From positions 15,892 through 79,891 of the forward strand of contig JAJPIK010000084.1 of assembly GCA_021324795.1 (NCBI GenBank): a stretch of DNA of 64,000 nucleotides, read 5' to 3'. Below the pieces are notes generated by a model, which ran no database searches, was not told the origin of the DNA, and saw only the letters and a list, made by a program, of their open reading frames with translations. Shown here in pieces: positions 9,133 to 19,171 of this stretch (the first letter of the stretch is position 1; each line of letters begins with the position of its first letter). A program made the translations under genes and the position numbers. The DNA is from Chloroflexota bacterium (GTDB lineage Bacteria; Chloroflexota; UBA6077; FW602-bin22; CADDYW01).

Positions 9133-10050
9133 CTATTGGGCAAGCGGCTTGGCACCTGGCCGCAATTTTCTCGCCCACGTGGCTAAAGCGCTGGGATCCG
9201 TGAGCGGAGTCAGGTTGACCCGGTGAGTACTGGTGAATGGCTCTGCTCCCGCGATCGTCGAGCCACAGCCAAAGACGAGCGCAACATCGTCAACATACCA
9301 GCCGGTCATTGTCCCAGTTTGGTTCACGTCGCTAATAACCACGGTCAGAGTGTTTCCGCGCTCGCCGATGACGTTGCTTACGGGCAAGCGGGTACCATGC
9401 CAAGTTCGTTGTGACGGCACCGCCAGCGCATCTATGTAGCCAGAGGCAATGACATTTTGTTGAGCATCTACAACTACAGCGATTAAGCGATCCTCAGCCA
9501 GGTTCGGAATGCCAATCGTATCTAATTGCCACGCGAAATATAGCGCACCGGTCTCGGCCCAAGTTGGCTCGATTGTCGTCTGCCCCAGGACATCGTTGGA
9601 AAGCCCCCCGAGCAGAACCGCATAACTTCCGTCATAGACGATGCTCGATTCAAGCAAAGGGGTACCATTGGCGACGACCCAGGGCCACAAGACGCCGTTC
9701 TCGAAGCCCGAATTAGCCAGGACATTTGCCTGGCCATTACAGCTCGGAGTTGGGGTTGACGTTGCCGTCGGGAATGGTGTCCGCGTTGGCGAGGGTGTCC
9801 AGGTTGGCGGTGGCGTCCAAGTCGGCGGTGGGCCAGTTTGCGGCACCGGCGTTGGAGTCAGCCCCTCTCCGTCGCCGCTCCATCCGTTCCATACTGCGGG
9901 GAGAAAGACCTGCATTGAACCGAGATTGGAACCGGGCCCCGGGTACGCATCCACTGAAACGGGGGGCGTGAACGCTCGTGTCCCACCAGTTGACTCGATC
10001 AGAAAGACAATGATCGCGAGGATAACAAAACGCAGGAGAAAGCGAGGCAT
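9133..10050 (-). CDS. Secreted or membrane-anchored protein with a Pro/Thr linker and a CBM-like (galactose-binding-like) C-terminal domain
   Basis: N-terminal TM segment FLLRFVILAIIVFLI, linker PTPVPQTGPPPTWTPPPTWTPSPTRTP, and an NSGFENG...W segment typical of CBM4/9-like modules. The ATG at 10050 follows GGAGGA; the track ORF starts at 10113. Confidence 0.6.
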   Translation of the reverse strand: MPRFLLRFVILAIIVFLIESTGGTRAFTPPVSVDAYPGPGSNLGSMQVFLPAVWNGWSGDGEGLTPTPVPQTGPPPTWTPPPTWTPSPTRTPFPTATSTPTPSCNGQANVLANSGFENGVLWPWVVANGTPLLESSIVYDGSYAVLLGGLSNDVLGQTTIEPTWAETGALYFAWQLDTIGIPNLAEDRLIAVVVDAQQNVIASGYIDALAVPSQRTWHGTRLPVSNVIGERGNTLTVVISDVNQTGTMTGWYVDDVALVFGCGSTIAGAEPFTSTHRVNLTPLTDPSALATWARKLRPGAKPLAQ

Positions 10051-10196
10051 TTGGATCCTCCGTGCAGCAGGTGGGGAAGGAAAAAGTGAATCAATGCCAC
10101 CAGCCGTTTTCACGGTCGAGTGTACAAGGCAGCAAACCGGCAGTCAACTACTTAGAAGTAAAGTTAAAGTTGAGACAAAGTTGATTTGTTTCTGCT

Positions 10197-10628
10197 TTAG
10201 CTAGACACGTGCAACTCCGGCAAAAGGCCGAGTCCGCGCAGCATCGCCGCGACGTCCCAAATGTGAACGGCGCGCCGAATCTGCTCGCCTTCGACCACTA
10301 GCAGGCAAGCGCCACGGACCTGAACCGTGCGATGAGTAGGGGGAATGTGCATCACCGTCTCCTGATGCGTGCCGCAGGCGGTCCAGAGCAATACCAGACG
10401 GTTACCGTCCAGGACAAGGTCGTCGACGGTGAGCCGGAGATCTGGAAAGGCACGCACGTACTGCTCGGCGCTGCGGCGAGCCGAGTCCGGTCCGTGCTGC
10501 GGCGTAGCGTCGCCGACATCAGTCCCGTCGAAGTCGGGGGCGTAGAGTGCAGCGATCCGATCGATGTCGTGGGCGTTCCAAGCTGCGATGAACTCCTGAC
10601 CGAGCCAAGCGGCCCCGCGATCAGCCAT
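10197..10628 (-). CDS. SnoaL-like (NTF2-fold) protein
   Basis: EFIAAWNAHDIDRIAALYAPDF is typical of SnoaL/ester-cyclase-like proteins. The ATG at 10628 follows GAGGGAG. Confidence 0.65.
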   Translation of the reverse strand: MADRGAAWLGQEFIAAWNAHDIDRIAALYAPDFDGTDVGDATPQHGPDSARRSAEQYVRAFPDLRLTVDDLVLDGNRLVLLWTACGTHQETVMHIPPTHRTVQVRGACLLVVEGEQIRRAVHIWDVAAMLRGLGLLPELHVSS

Positions 10629-10730
10629 AGTCAAGCTCCCTCAAAATGAAACTCTGGTCGTTTAACCGACGAACGGAGTTTCCAACGGTGACATATTCGG
10701 CTTCCAGGTCAAAAGTTGCTCATTTTCCAA

Positions 10731-12824
10731 TCACTTTTCTCCTCCACCGACCTCCCACTGCCACAGTAATTCGACGATGCGGTTAATTCCGGCGGCGAGA
10801 TGTCGACGGTAGGTGCTGAAAGGCAAATCCAGCAGCTCGGCGGCGCGCTCTTGGGTTGGCGCCGGGGCAAAGTAGGTATGATGGAGCACCTGATAGAGCT
10901 TGGCTTCGCGGGGTGACTGCTGTAACGACGCGGCGGCCTCGCGGAGCACCTCCTGCAAAGTATGGAGCCGATCGGCTGTTTTCGTGCTGTCGCCGACTCG
11001 CTCGATCACCAGCCGCGAGCGGAGCAAAGGATTTTGACGCAGCGCCTCGGCACGCGTAAAGTGGCGCAGCGCCCGTCGGACCGCCTCGGCAAACTCCGGC
11101 TCACTCAACACAACCGCCGTGACAACAGTCGGGGGCGGTGTCGTCTCGATCTCGGTCGCAATTTCCCGCTCGCCAAGCAGAGTCAACCATGCTAACGGCG
11201 GCGTGACCCGCCAGTCGTGAGCAAAGACCCCGTAGCGTCGCCCGGCAATCTCGAAATCGGCGTCAGCTAGCCGCGGCAGATCGACATGAGTAAACATCGG
11301 CGTCCAGAAAGTAGGATCCGCCGTGGCGAAGAAGCTAAAGGCCAGGTTGGGCGTCGTCAGATACTGCTGAGCCGCGCGACCGAAGATCAAGCTCTGGGTC
11401 GCCGAGACGTCCTGGTAGGTATCGCGGGCCATCCAGAAGCGAAAGAGAATGGCTTTTTCACCTGACCGCAACGGGGCGTGTTGCTCGAGGTAGCGCCAGG
11501 TGACGCGGGTCGCTGGATCCTCCGTGCGTTCCTCGGGGCCGATTTCATGCAAGGCAACGATTGTCAGAAAGCCAAAAGGCCGGCCCTCGGCATCCCGATA
11601 GACGACCGTGCCTTGTGGCTGGCGCGTAAACCAAAAATCCAGCCAATGCGCAGACTCTGCCCCTTCGTATCGGGTAACCATCGCGCGCAGTAGGTCCTGA
11701 TCGCCGGGACGGAGGACGTCGGGCATCGACGTTCCGGTTTCTTGCCAATCAAGATACGGTCGCATCAGTGGGCTATCGCGGTGAAGATAAACGTAATCGA
11801 AAAGGACACGTTGCTGGTCGTAGCCTCGGGTTTGGCTCAGACGGGCGGCGTAGTAATTCCGAGCGCGACGGTGCAGCTCAGCATACCAGTCCGGGTTACG
11901 CCAGCGCAGCTCCACGGCGAGTGCCTCGCGCGCCAGGTCGTGGGGAAAGAGCCCCTGGGTACCAGACTCGATAAATGAGAGCGATTGGAGCCAATCGAAC
12001 AGCTCGTGCACCTCGGCGGTAGCCAGAAGCTCGGCCAGTATGGCCTCGGTCGTCAGACGGACGAGGGCACAGGCCTCCAGCGCCGCGCGGTGGGCTGGAC
12101 CCGGTACTTTCTGAACGAATCGCTCGACGAGCGTTTGCACGATGTCCGGCGCTGCCTCGGCGTGAAACTGAAGCTCTCCGCGCTGAACGAACGCGTCGGC
12201 GATGAGCGCGAGTGCCAGCGGATGGCCATGGGTGAAAGCGAGAACGCCACGGTGCTGATCGGACGGAATCTGGCGACGCGTCAAGTAAAGTCGACTTTCG
12301 TCGGGAGTCAAGTTCCGGAGCGGCACGATGCGAATGAGGTTCTGCCAGCCCGGATCGGTGCGCCAACTCACTGACGGCGGCTGACGACCGGCCAGCACGA
12401 TCAGGGTTTGCTCGGGTAGCTGCGGCAGAAAGACCTCGCGGAGCCAGTTGTCGAGGGGAGTCAATAGCTCGTAGGTATCGACGAGGATCAATCGTCGCTC
12501 GGACTGAGATGCTAGGACCGGCAAGGGAGCTTGGCCGGACGATAGCCCCATCGCCAGCCCCAAGGCAGCAAGAAAGCCATCAGGCGAGGGGTCGACGTAG
12601 CGGGCATCCAGACTGATCCGCGATATGCCAACCTGCTGCCCCAGGTGGACAAACTCATCGAGCAGCGTCGTCTTCCCAACACCGCCCGGACCAAAGACGT
12701 AGAGCAGGTTAAAGGGCAGCTCACGAGCGGTGAGCGCGGATTGAAAGAGTGCAATCTCGGCAGCGCGCCCGACGAAACGACCACGGCGCGCTTCTTCCAG
12801 ACGATCTGCCAGCCGCGGTGTCAT
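10731..12824 (-). CDS. P-loop NTPase (STAND/AAA-like) fused to a C-terminal HTH; putative ATP-dependent regulator
   Basis: Walker A GPGGVGKTT, Walker B RLILVDTYE, and the C-terminal segment TQERAAELLDLPFSTYRRHLAAGINRIVELL, which resembles a sigma70-region-4/LuxR-type HTH. The central ~230 aa show no motif I recognise. Confidence 0.6.
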   Translation of the reverse strand: MTPRLADRLEEARRGRFVGRAAEIALFQSALTARELPFNLLYVFGPGGVGKTTLLDEFVHLGQQVGISRISLDARYVDPSPDGFLAALGLAMGLSSGQAPLPVLASQSERRLILVDTYELLTPLDNWLREVFLPQLPEQTLIVLAGRQPPSVSWRTDPGWQNLIRIVPLRNLTPDESRLYLTRRQIPSDQHRGVLAFTHGHPLALALIADAFVQRGELQFHAEAAPDIVQTLVERFVQKVPGPAHRAALEACALVRLTTEAILAELLATAEVHELFDWLQSLSFIESGTQGLFPHDLAREALAVELRWRNPDWYAELHRRARNYYAARLSQTRGYDQQRVLFDYVYLHRDSPLMRPYLDWQETGTSMPDVLRPGDQDLLRAMVTRYEGAESAHWLDFWFTRQPQGTVVYRDAEGRPFGFLTIVALHEIGPEERTEDPATRVTWRYLEQHAPLRSGEKAILFRFWMARDTYQDVSATQSLIFGRAAQQYLTTPNLAFSFFATADPTFWTPMFTHVDLPRLADADFEIAGRRYGVFAHDWRVTPPLAWLTLLGEREIATEIETTPPPTVVTAVVLSEPEFAEAVRRALRHFTRAEALRQNPLLRSRLVIERVGDSTKTADRLHTLQEVLREAAASLQQSPREAKLYQVLHHTYFAPAPTQERAAELLDLPFSTYRRHLAAGINRIVELLWQWEVGGGEK

Positions 12825-13036
12825 GGCTTTACCCTCCTCAAGCGCAGAACCAACGTCGACAAGGGCGATTGTCTGGGATGGAGGCCAACCTATAGCAACG
12901 AAGTATAGCGTGAACTGCGTCCGATATCCACCCCACGCTCGACGGCTCCCCCGCCCTGATACACGCCTGAAGCGCTACAATAGATGCAGCGACTTTTCTT
13001 GTCGACGAAGACCAAAACCAAGGTGGAGGATCCACT

Positions 13037-14026
13037 ATGCTCCTGGCTGGCGATATTGGCGGGACGAAAACCGATCTGGCAGTATTCTCCGTCGAGGCTG
13101 GTCCGCGTAAGCCACTTGCCCAAGCGGAGTTTCCGAGCCGTACGTATCCCAGCCTCGAGGCCATCGTCCGTGAGTTTCTGGTCCAGGTCGGCGTACCGAT
13201 CGACCGCGCGTGCTTCGACGTCGCCGGGCCGGTGATTGCCGGCCGGGTGAAGACGACCAATCTTCCCTGGGTTGTCGAAGAGAGCAAGCTTGCCCAAGAG
13301 CTGGAGATTCCAACTGTCCGTCTCTTGAACGATCTCGAGGCAATCGCCATGGCCGTGCCGATCCTCGAGCCAGACGACCTGCAAACCTTGAATCCGGGGA
13401 AGCCCGTCGAGGGCGGCTCCATCGCGGTGATCGCCCCCGGCACCGGGCTCGGCCAGGCCTATCTGACCTGGGATGGCAGCCGCTACCGCGCCTACGCCTC
13501 GGAAGGTGGTCACGCCGATTTCGCGCCGACTAACGCGCTCCAGATCGGCTTGCTTCAGTATCTCCAAGCACGCTTCGGCCACGTCAGCTACGAGCGAGTC
13601 TGCTCGGGGATTGGCATTCCCAGCATCTATGACTACCTCCGGGATAGCCACCACGCCCCGGAATCGAGCGAGTTAGCCACGCGCCTAGCCGTGGCCGCGG
13701 ATCGCACGCCATTGATCGTCGAAGCCGCGCTGAACTCGGCCGCGCCCGATGCACTGAGCCTCGCCGCGATTCAGACATTCGTCGAGATTCTTGGCGCCGA
13801 GGCCGGCAATCTCGCCTTGAAAGTGCTGGCGACCGGGGGCGTCTATCTCGGCGGTGGCCTGCCTCTGCACGTCTTACCGGTCTTGAAAGAGAGGCGATTC
13901 CTCGAAGCGTTTCAAGCAAAAGGCCGTTTTGCCGAGCTACTCACCCGCGTGCCCATTCACCTAATTACCTGCCGAGCCGCGCTACTCGGAGCGGCGAACT
14001 TTGGACTCGCGATGGGACGACACTGA
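13037..14026 (+). CDS. glk: Glucokinase
   Basis: N-terminal [16 protein letters not shown], glucokinase-family layout, and the GGVYLGGG motif. Adjacent to zwf and pgi. Confidence 0.85.
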   Translation: MLLAGDIGGTKTDLAVFSVEAGPRKPLAQAEFPSRTYPSLEAIVREFLVQVGVPIDRACFDVAGPVIAGRVKTTNLPWVVEESKLAQELEIPTVRLLNDLEAIAMAVPILEPDDLQTLNPGKPVEGGSIAVIAPGTGLGQAYLTWDGSRYRAYASEGGHADFAPTNALQIGLLQYLQARFGHVSYERVCSGIGIPSIYDYLRDSHHAPESSELATRLAVAADRTPLIVEAALNSAAPDALSLAAIQTFVEILGAEAGNLALKVLATGGVYLGGGLPLHVLPVLKERRFLEAFQAKGRFAELLTRVPIHLITCRAALLGAANFGLAMGRH

Positions 14027-14042
14027 CCCTTGGGGAGAGAGA

Positions 14043-15431
14043 ATGGTCACGAACTCTTCGGACGCCTTGGTGATCTTCGGGATCACTGGCGATTTGGCGA
14101 ACAAGCAGATCTTTCCAGCCCTCCAGGCAATGATCCACCGAGGCCACCTCGACGCGACGGTCATTGGCGTGGCCGGATCTCGCTTGAGTGACGACCAGCT
14201 CTGTCAACGGGCTCGGGCGAGTCTGGCCGAGCACGGCGGGGTCGACGAGGAGGCGTTCGCGAAGCTCGCGGCGATCCTGCACTACGTCGGCGGCGATTAT
14301 CGCGATCCGGCTACCTACCAACGGGTGGCCGAGGCGCTGAGTACAGCGAGTCGCCCTCTCTTTTATCTTGCAATTCCCCCGAGCTTATTCGCCACGGTCA
14401 TTGAAGGTCTGGCGGCTGCCGGCTGCACGAACAACGCCCGGGTCGTGCTCGAGAAACCGTTCGGACACGACCTCGCCTCGGCTCGGGCGCTGAACGAGAC
14501 GCTTCATGCGGTCTTCCCCGAATCAAGGATTTTCCGGATCGATCATTACCTTGGCAAGGAACCGGTCCAGAACCTTCTCTACTTTCGCTTCGCGAACTCC
14601 TTTCTCGAGCCGATCTGGAACCGCAATTACGTTGAGAGTATCCAGATCACCATGGCCGAGAGCTTCGGGATCGCCGGCCGCGGCAAGTTCTACGAAGAGG
14701 CCGGGGCGATTCGCGATGTTGTGCAGAATCACCTGCTTCAGATCACAGCGCTGCTAGCGATGGAGGCGCCGACTGGTCATAACCCCGATGCCGTGCGTGA
14801 TGAGAAGGCGCGGATTCTGAAAGCGATCCGACCACTCACTCCGTCCGATGTCGTCCGCGGTCAGTTTCGCGGCTACCGTGATGAGCCTGGTGTTGCCCCG
14901 GATTCGCAGGTCGAGACGTTCGCCGCGCTCCGACTGCAGATCGACAGTTGGCGCTGGGCAGACGTTCCCTTTTATATCCGCACTGGCAAGTGCCTTCCGG
15001 TCACCGCGACCGAAGTGATGGTCTTTCTCAAGCCTCCTCCCCGTCTGCTCTTCAACGAGAACGAACCGTCACGCTCGAATTATCTGCGCTTCCGGCTCAG
15101 CCCGAACGTCTTGATCTCCTTGGGCGCTCGCGCCAAAGTTCCCGGCGAGATGATGGTCGGTGAAGAGGTCGAACTCATCGCGCGACACCATCACGGCGAC
15201 GAAATGATGCCCTACGAGCGGCTGCTCGGAGATGCCATGCGTGGCGATCCGTCGCTCTTCGCCCGCCAGGACGCCGTCGAGGCGGCGTGGCAAATCGTGG
15301 AGCCAATCCTCGGCGGGACGACGCCGGTCCACGAGTACGATCCGGGCACCTGGGGTCCGCCCGAAGCTGCGGGACTATGTGTCCACGACGGTGGCTGGCA
15401 CAATCCACGGGTGCGGGAGATCCATCGATGA
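14043..15431 (+). CDS. zwf: Glucose-6-phosphate dehydrogenase
   Basis: NADP site [15 protein letters not shown] and active-site motif RIDHYLGKE. The ATG at 14043 follows GGGGAGAGAG. Confidence 0.92.
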   Translation: MVTNSSDALVIFGITGDLANKQIFPALQAMIHRGHLDATVIGVAGSRLSDDQLCQRARASLAEHGGVDEEAFAKLAAILHYVGGDYRDPATYQRVAEALSTASRPLFYLAIPPSLFATVIEGLAAAGCTNNARVVLEKPFGHDLASARALNETLHAVFPESRIFRIDHYLGKEPVQNLLYFRFANSFLEPIWNRNYVESIQITMAESFGIAGRGKFYEEAGAIRDVVQNHLLQITALLAMEAPTGHNPDAVRDEKARILKAIRPLTPSDVVRGQFRGYRDEPGVAPDSQVETFAALRLQIDSWRWADVPFYIRTGKCLPVTATEVMVFLKPPPRLLFNENEPSRSNYLRFRLSPNVLISLGARAKVPGEMMVGEEVELIARHHHGDEMMPYERLLGDAMRGDPSLFARQDAVEAAWQIVEPILGGTTPVHEYDPGTWGPPEAAGLCVHDGGWHNPRVREIHR

Positions 15432-16111
15432 CACCAGAAAGCGACGTCGTCTTTCTGCTCGACATCGACAACACACTACTCGACAATGACGCGGTCGCAC
15501 GCGATCTCAAACGTCACCTCGTCCGCGCGTTTGGCCCCGAAGCTGAGAAGCGCTACTGGGAGATCTTCGAGCAGCTCCGAGCGGAGCTGGGCTACGCCGA
15601 CTACCTCGGTGCTCTCCAACGCTACCGGATTGAGCATCTGCGCGACCCACACATTCTCGAGGTCTCGCTGTATCTGATCGATTACCCGTTCGCGAACCGG
15701 CTCTATCCCGGCGCGCTCGACGTGATCGAGCGCCTCGGAACCTGGGGACCGACGGTTATCCTCTCCGATGGCGATGTGGTTTTCCAGCCGCGCAAGGTCG
15801 AACGCTCTGGACTCTGGGAAGCGGTCGACGGACGGGTTCTCATCTACATTCACAAGGAGCAAATGCTTGACGACGTCGCCGAGCGTTATCCAGCCAAGCA
15901 CTACGTCATGATCGACGACAAACTACGCATCCTCGCCGCGATGAAACAGATCTGGGATGACTGTCTGACCACCGTTTTCCTACGCCAGGGGCATTACGCC
16001 CACGATCCGGCCATCCTCGCCAGCTATCCTCCGGCCGATGTCACGCTCGAACGGATCGGCGATCTCGTCGATTACGACATCGCGAAGCTGGTACGGACCC
16101 GGTCATCCTAA
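15428..16111 (+). CDS. HAD-superfamily hydrolase
   Basis: Motif I DIDNT, VMIDDK late motif. Its start overlaps the zwf stop as ATGA. Confidence 0.75.
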   Translation: MTPESDVVFLLDIDNTLLDNDAVARDLKRHLVRAFGPEAEKRYWEIFEQLRAELGYADYLGALQRYRIEHLRDPHILEVSLYLIDYPFANRLYPGALDVIERLGTWGPTVILSDGDVVFQPRKVERSGLWEAVDGRVLIYIHKEQMLDDVAERYPAKHYVMIDDKLRILAAMKQIWDDCLTTVFLRQGHYAHDPAILASYPPADVTLERIGDLVDYDIAKLVRTRSS

Positions 16112-16197
16112 GTGATGTGCAGTCCGTTGAGATACCATAGCGAGGGCCCCTGGGGACAGTGGATGGCCCTGACTCTGCAATCAATAAGGAGCCGACG

Positions 16198-17835
16198 ATG
16201 GCACGTTCAACCCCGTTGAGCAAGCTCCCATCCTGGCAAGCTCTGTCCACTCACTATCAGAAGATCCGCGATGTTCACCTGCGGACCCTCTTCGCCGAGG
16301 ATCCCGGGCGTGCCGGGCGCTTCTCTGCCGAGGCCGTCGGCCTCTTCCTCGATTACTCGAAGCACCGGATCACCACTGAGACACTCCGACTTTTGCTCAA
16401 CCTTGCCGAGGAGTGCGGCCTGCGTGAGCGGATCGACGCGATGTTCCGAGGCGAGAAGATCAACGTCACCGAGCAGCGGGCGGTTTTGCACGTCGCCTTG
16501 CGGGCGCCGCGGGGTCAGTCGATCGTCGTCGATGGCGAGAACGTCGTGCTCGAGGTCCACGCGGTGCTCGACAAGATGACCGACTTCGCCCAGCGGGTCC
16601 GGAGTGGCACTTGGACCGGGCACACCGGCCAGCGCATCCGCAACGTCATTAACATTGGCATTGGCGGCTCGGACCTCGGTCCGGTCATGGCTTACGAAGG
16701 GCTCAAACACTATAGCGAGCGCAGCATGACCTTTCGGTTCGTCTCAAACGTTGACGGAACCGACTTTGCCGAGGCAACGCTCGACCTCAATCCGGCCGAA
16801 ACGCTCTTCATCATTTCCTCGAAGACCTTCACCACCCTCGAAACGATGACCAATGCGCGGACGGCACGGGAATGGATACTCCGAGCCCTTGGCGACGAGC
16901 AAGCAATCTCCAAGCACTTCGTCGCGGTCTCGACCAACCGCGCCGAGGTGACCAAGTTTGGCATCGACCCGACGAATATGTTCGGCTTTTGGGATTGGGT
17001 TGGTGGCCGCTACTCGATGGATTCAGCGATCGGCCTCTCGACGATGCTAGCGATCGGCCCGGAAAACTTTCAGTCGATGCTGGCCGGCTTCCGCTCCATG
17101 GACGAACACTTCCGCACCGCGCCATTCGAGTGGAATCTGCCAGTCCTGATGGGATTACTCACCGTCTGGTACAACAATTTTTTCGGCGCGCAGACGGTCG
17201 CGGTGCTTCCGTACGATCAATACCTCAAGCGTTTCCCGGCCTACCTTCAGCAGCTTACAATGGAGAGCAACGGTAAGCACGTCACGCTGGATGGAGCGGC
17301 GGTCGATTACCAGACCGGACCAATCTTTTGGGGCGAGCCGGGCACCAACGGCCAGCACTCCTTTTACCAGCTCATTCACCAGGGGACGAAGCTCATCCCC
17401 TGCGACTTCATCGGCTTCGCCCAACCACTGAATCCACTCGGCAACCACCATGACCTGCTTATGTCGAACATTTTTGCCCAAACTGAGGCGCTGGCCTTCG
17501 GCAAGACCGCTGAGGAGGTGAAGGCCGAAGGGACACCGGATTGGCTGGTCCCCCACCGGGTTTTCGAGGGCAATCGCCCTTCGACGACGATCCTTGCCGA
17601 GCGCCTCACCCCGGAAACCCTCGGCAAGCTGGTCGCGCTCTACGAGCACAGCGTCTTCACCCAAGGGGTGATCTGGCAGATCGATTCGTTCGATCAATGG
17701 GGGGTCGAGCTGGGCAAAGTGCTTGCCCAACGGATCATTCCGGAGCTGACCAGCACGGAAGAGCCGCGCCTGACTCACGATAGCTCGACGAATGCGCTGA
17801 TCCGACGGTATCGTGCTATGCGAGGGAGATGCTAG
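16198..17835 (+). CDS. pgi: Glucose-6-phosphate isomerase
   Basis: PGI signatures GIGGSDLGP and [15 protein letters not shown]. The ATG at 16198 follows AAGGAG. Confidence 0.93.
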   Translation: MARSTPLSKLPSWQALSTHYQKIRDVHLRTLFAEDPGRAGRFSAEAVGLFLDYSKHRITTETLRLLLNLAEECGLRERIDAMFRGEKINVTEQRAVLHVALRAPRGQSIVVDGENVVLEVHAVLDKMTDFAQRVRSGTWTGHTGQRIRNVINIGIGGSDLGPVMAYEGLKHYSERSMTFRFVSNVDGTDFAEATLDLNPAETLFIISSKTFTTLETMTNARTAREWILRALGDEQAISKHFVAVSTNRAEVTKFGIDPTNMFGFWDWVGGRYSMDSAIGLSTMLAIGPENFQSMLAGFRSMDEHFRTAPFEWNLPVLMGLLTVWYNNFFGAQTVAVLPYDQYLKRFPAYLQQLTMESNGKHVTLDGAAVDYQTGPIFWGEPGTNGQHSFYQLIHQGTKLIPCDFIGFAQPLNPLGNHHDLLMSNIFAQTEALAFGKTAEEVKAEGTPDWLVPHRVFEGNRPSTTILAERLTPETLGKLVALYEHSVFTQGVIWQIDSFDQWGVELGKVLAQRIIPELTSTEEPRLTHDSSTNALIRRYRAMRGRC

Positions 17836-18484
17836 GGCTTCTGCGCGGAGACACGATGCCGCTGATGAGCGTCTCAACTTCATTGTCCCTGCCGTGATCG
17901 ACCAGGAGAGCATGCCAGCCGTGGCAAAAGAGACTGCCATGGCGGCTTGGCAGGGCGACTCCGAACGATTTGCGTCGGCGCCAACAGCCCACGCATACTA
18001 TTTCTAAATCATACCTAGCAGTCAAGATTGCGGGAGTTCCGCTTTGACGCCGCGATCTGCGCGGCGTATCCGTTGTAGACACAATGCGTTCGGATGGGAC
18101 CGAACAAGGAGCACACGGTAAGTCTCCATCCCCAGGAGACGCTCCTCCAGTAAGCCCGCGCCTTCCAACGCAGCCCGGCGTTCGCGCCCGATCGGAAGCG
18201 GCGGCAGGCGGTAGAGCATCGGATCGCGCGATTGATGTAACTGAGCGCGCGACACGCACGCTACGTCGGGAGGGCCAAGATACTCTGCCCGGTGTTGCTG
18301 GTCGTTTGCCGAGGCCGCTAGGCCTCCTCCGTCCGAGCAGGAGAGGCCCGCCGAGCCGCGGTTTGCCACTGGTCTGAATCCTGCTTCCACCGGTCAAAAC
18401 GCACGGCTGGACCGCCTCATTGGTCGTGACGCAAGCCTGTTCTTGACTGATGACCGTGCCATTCAGCGTAGAAGGAGAGACGAC

Positions 18485-18820
18485 ATGGAGCATTCTGAAG
18501 GGTTTTACCTCGCCGAACAACTCCCCGAACATACCCTGCGCGACGTCAATGGCAAAGAGATTGGATTGATCATGGGAGTTGGCCCGGGCTACGCCGACGT
18601 TGCGACCGGTCCTTTGCATCTCACCGGCAATTTGTACGTGCCATTCGAGGCCATCAGCTACTGCACCGAGACCCACTGCTACCTGAATCTGACGCTCGAT
18701 CAGGTCAAGCAGCAGGGCTGGAACATTTTGCCTCAGGAGCGTCCCACGGCGAGCCCTGGCCTACAGAACGAAATGCGCATCCCGTTCCGACCAGAAGAGC
18801 GCAAGCAACACCACGCCTGA
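18485..18820 (+). CDS. Hypothetical small protein (111 aa), possibly PRC-barrel/DUF2171-like
   Basis: The ATG follows GAAGGAG, third-position GC is high and the composition is protein-like. The family assignment is only an impression. Confidence 0.45.
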   Translation: MEHSEGFYLAEQLPEHTLRDVNGKEIGLIMGVGPGYADVATGPLHLTGNLYVPFEAISYCTETHCYLNLTLDQVKQQGWNILPQERPTASPGLQNEMRIPFRPEERKQHHA

Positions 18821-19075
18821 TTACTGGAGATACATCACTAAAGCCCGGAACGCTTCCTCCGGCGGGCCCAAGAACTCGCCGGAGGGGAACACCGAGAGCT
18901 CGGAGCATCCGTTACTGTCAGTGTAAGTGTAGAAGGCGAAGCCCCAATCCTCTTTGTCGCCGAAACAGTGCAGATGGCAGGGGTGGATTAGGGTTGTTGC
19001 AACAGGACTGGTCCCCCCGATGCCCGGTAACCGATCCAGCCAGCATGCCTTTTTGCCATATTCATTTATTATCAT
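18821..19075 (-). CDS. Hypothetical small Cys/His-rich protein (84 aa)
   Basis: C-terminal 84 codons of track ORF 18821..19300. Hand-counted GC3 is about 68%. Contains the motif HPCHLHC. Its stop codon directly abuts the stop of the convergent gene. Confidence 0.4.
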   Translation of the reverse strand: MIINEYGKKACWLDRLPGIGGTSPVATTLIHPCHLHCFGDKEDWGFAFYTYTDSNGCSELSVFPSGEFLGPPEEAFRALVMYLQ

Positions 19076-19171
19076 GTTTGTGACCGACGGCCGATTCTGG
19101 TCGATGGCTTTCCTTACAGATTTTTTGAGTTCCCGTCCGGTTCGGGGGAGCTTTTTGTTGGCGCAGGAGGA

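Noticed and set aside
18000-18440. Possible RNase P RNA, tmRNA or SRP RNA on the minus strand
   Set aside because: Only fragmentary resemblances are present: ACCAGUGGCAAACCGCGG versus the RNase P P10-P12 region, GGAUUCAGAC versus the tmRNA 5' end, and GGAAGCAG versus SRP helix 8. The invariant cores are absent, namely GAGGAAAGUCC, a tRNA-like 3' end with CCA, and GGAA-tetraloop geometry.
17816-18676. 286-aa minus-strand ORF spanning the unassigned region and overlapping the 18485 gene
   Set aside because: The translation is low-complexity Arg/Ser/Pro/Gly, GC is flat across codon positions, and I recognise no motif.
18900-19171. T-box riboswitch upstream of ileS
   Set aside because: There is no GGGUGGNACCGCG T-box sequence or recognisable Stem I specifier loop. 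Most of the candidate leader is occupied by a plausible minus-strand ORF.
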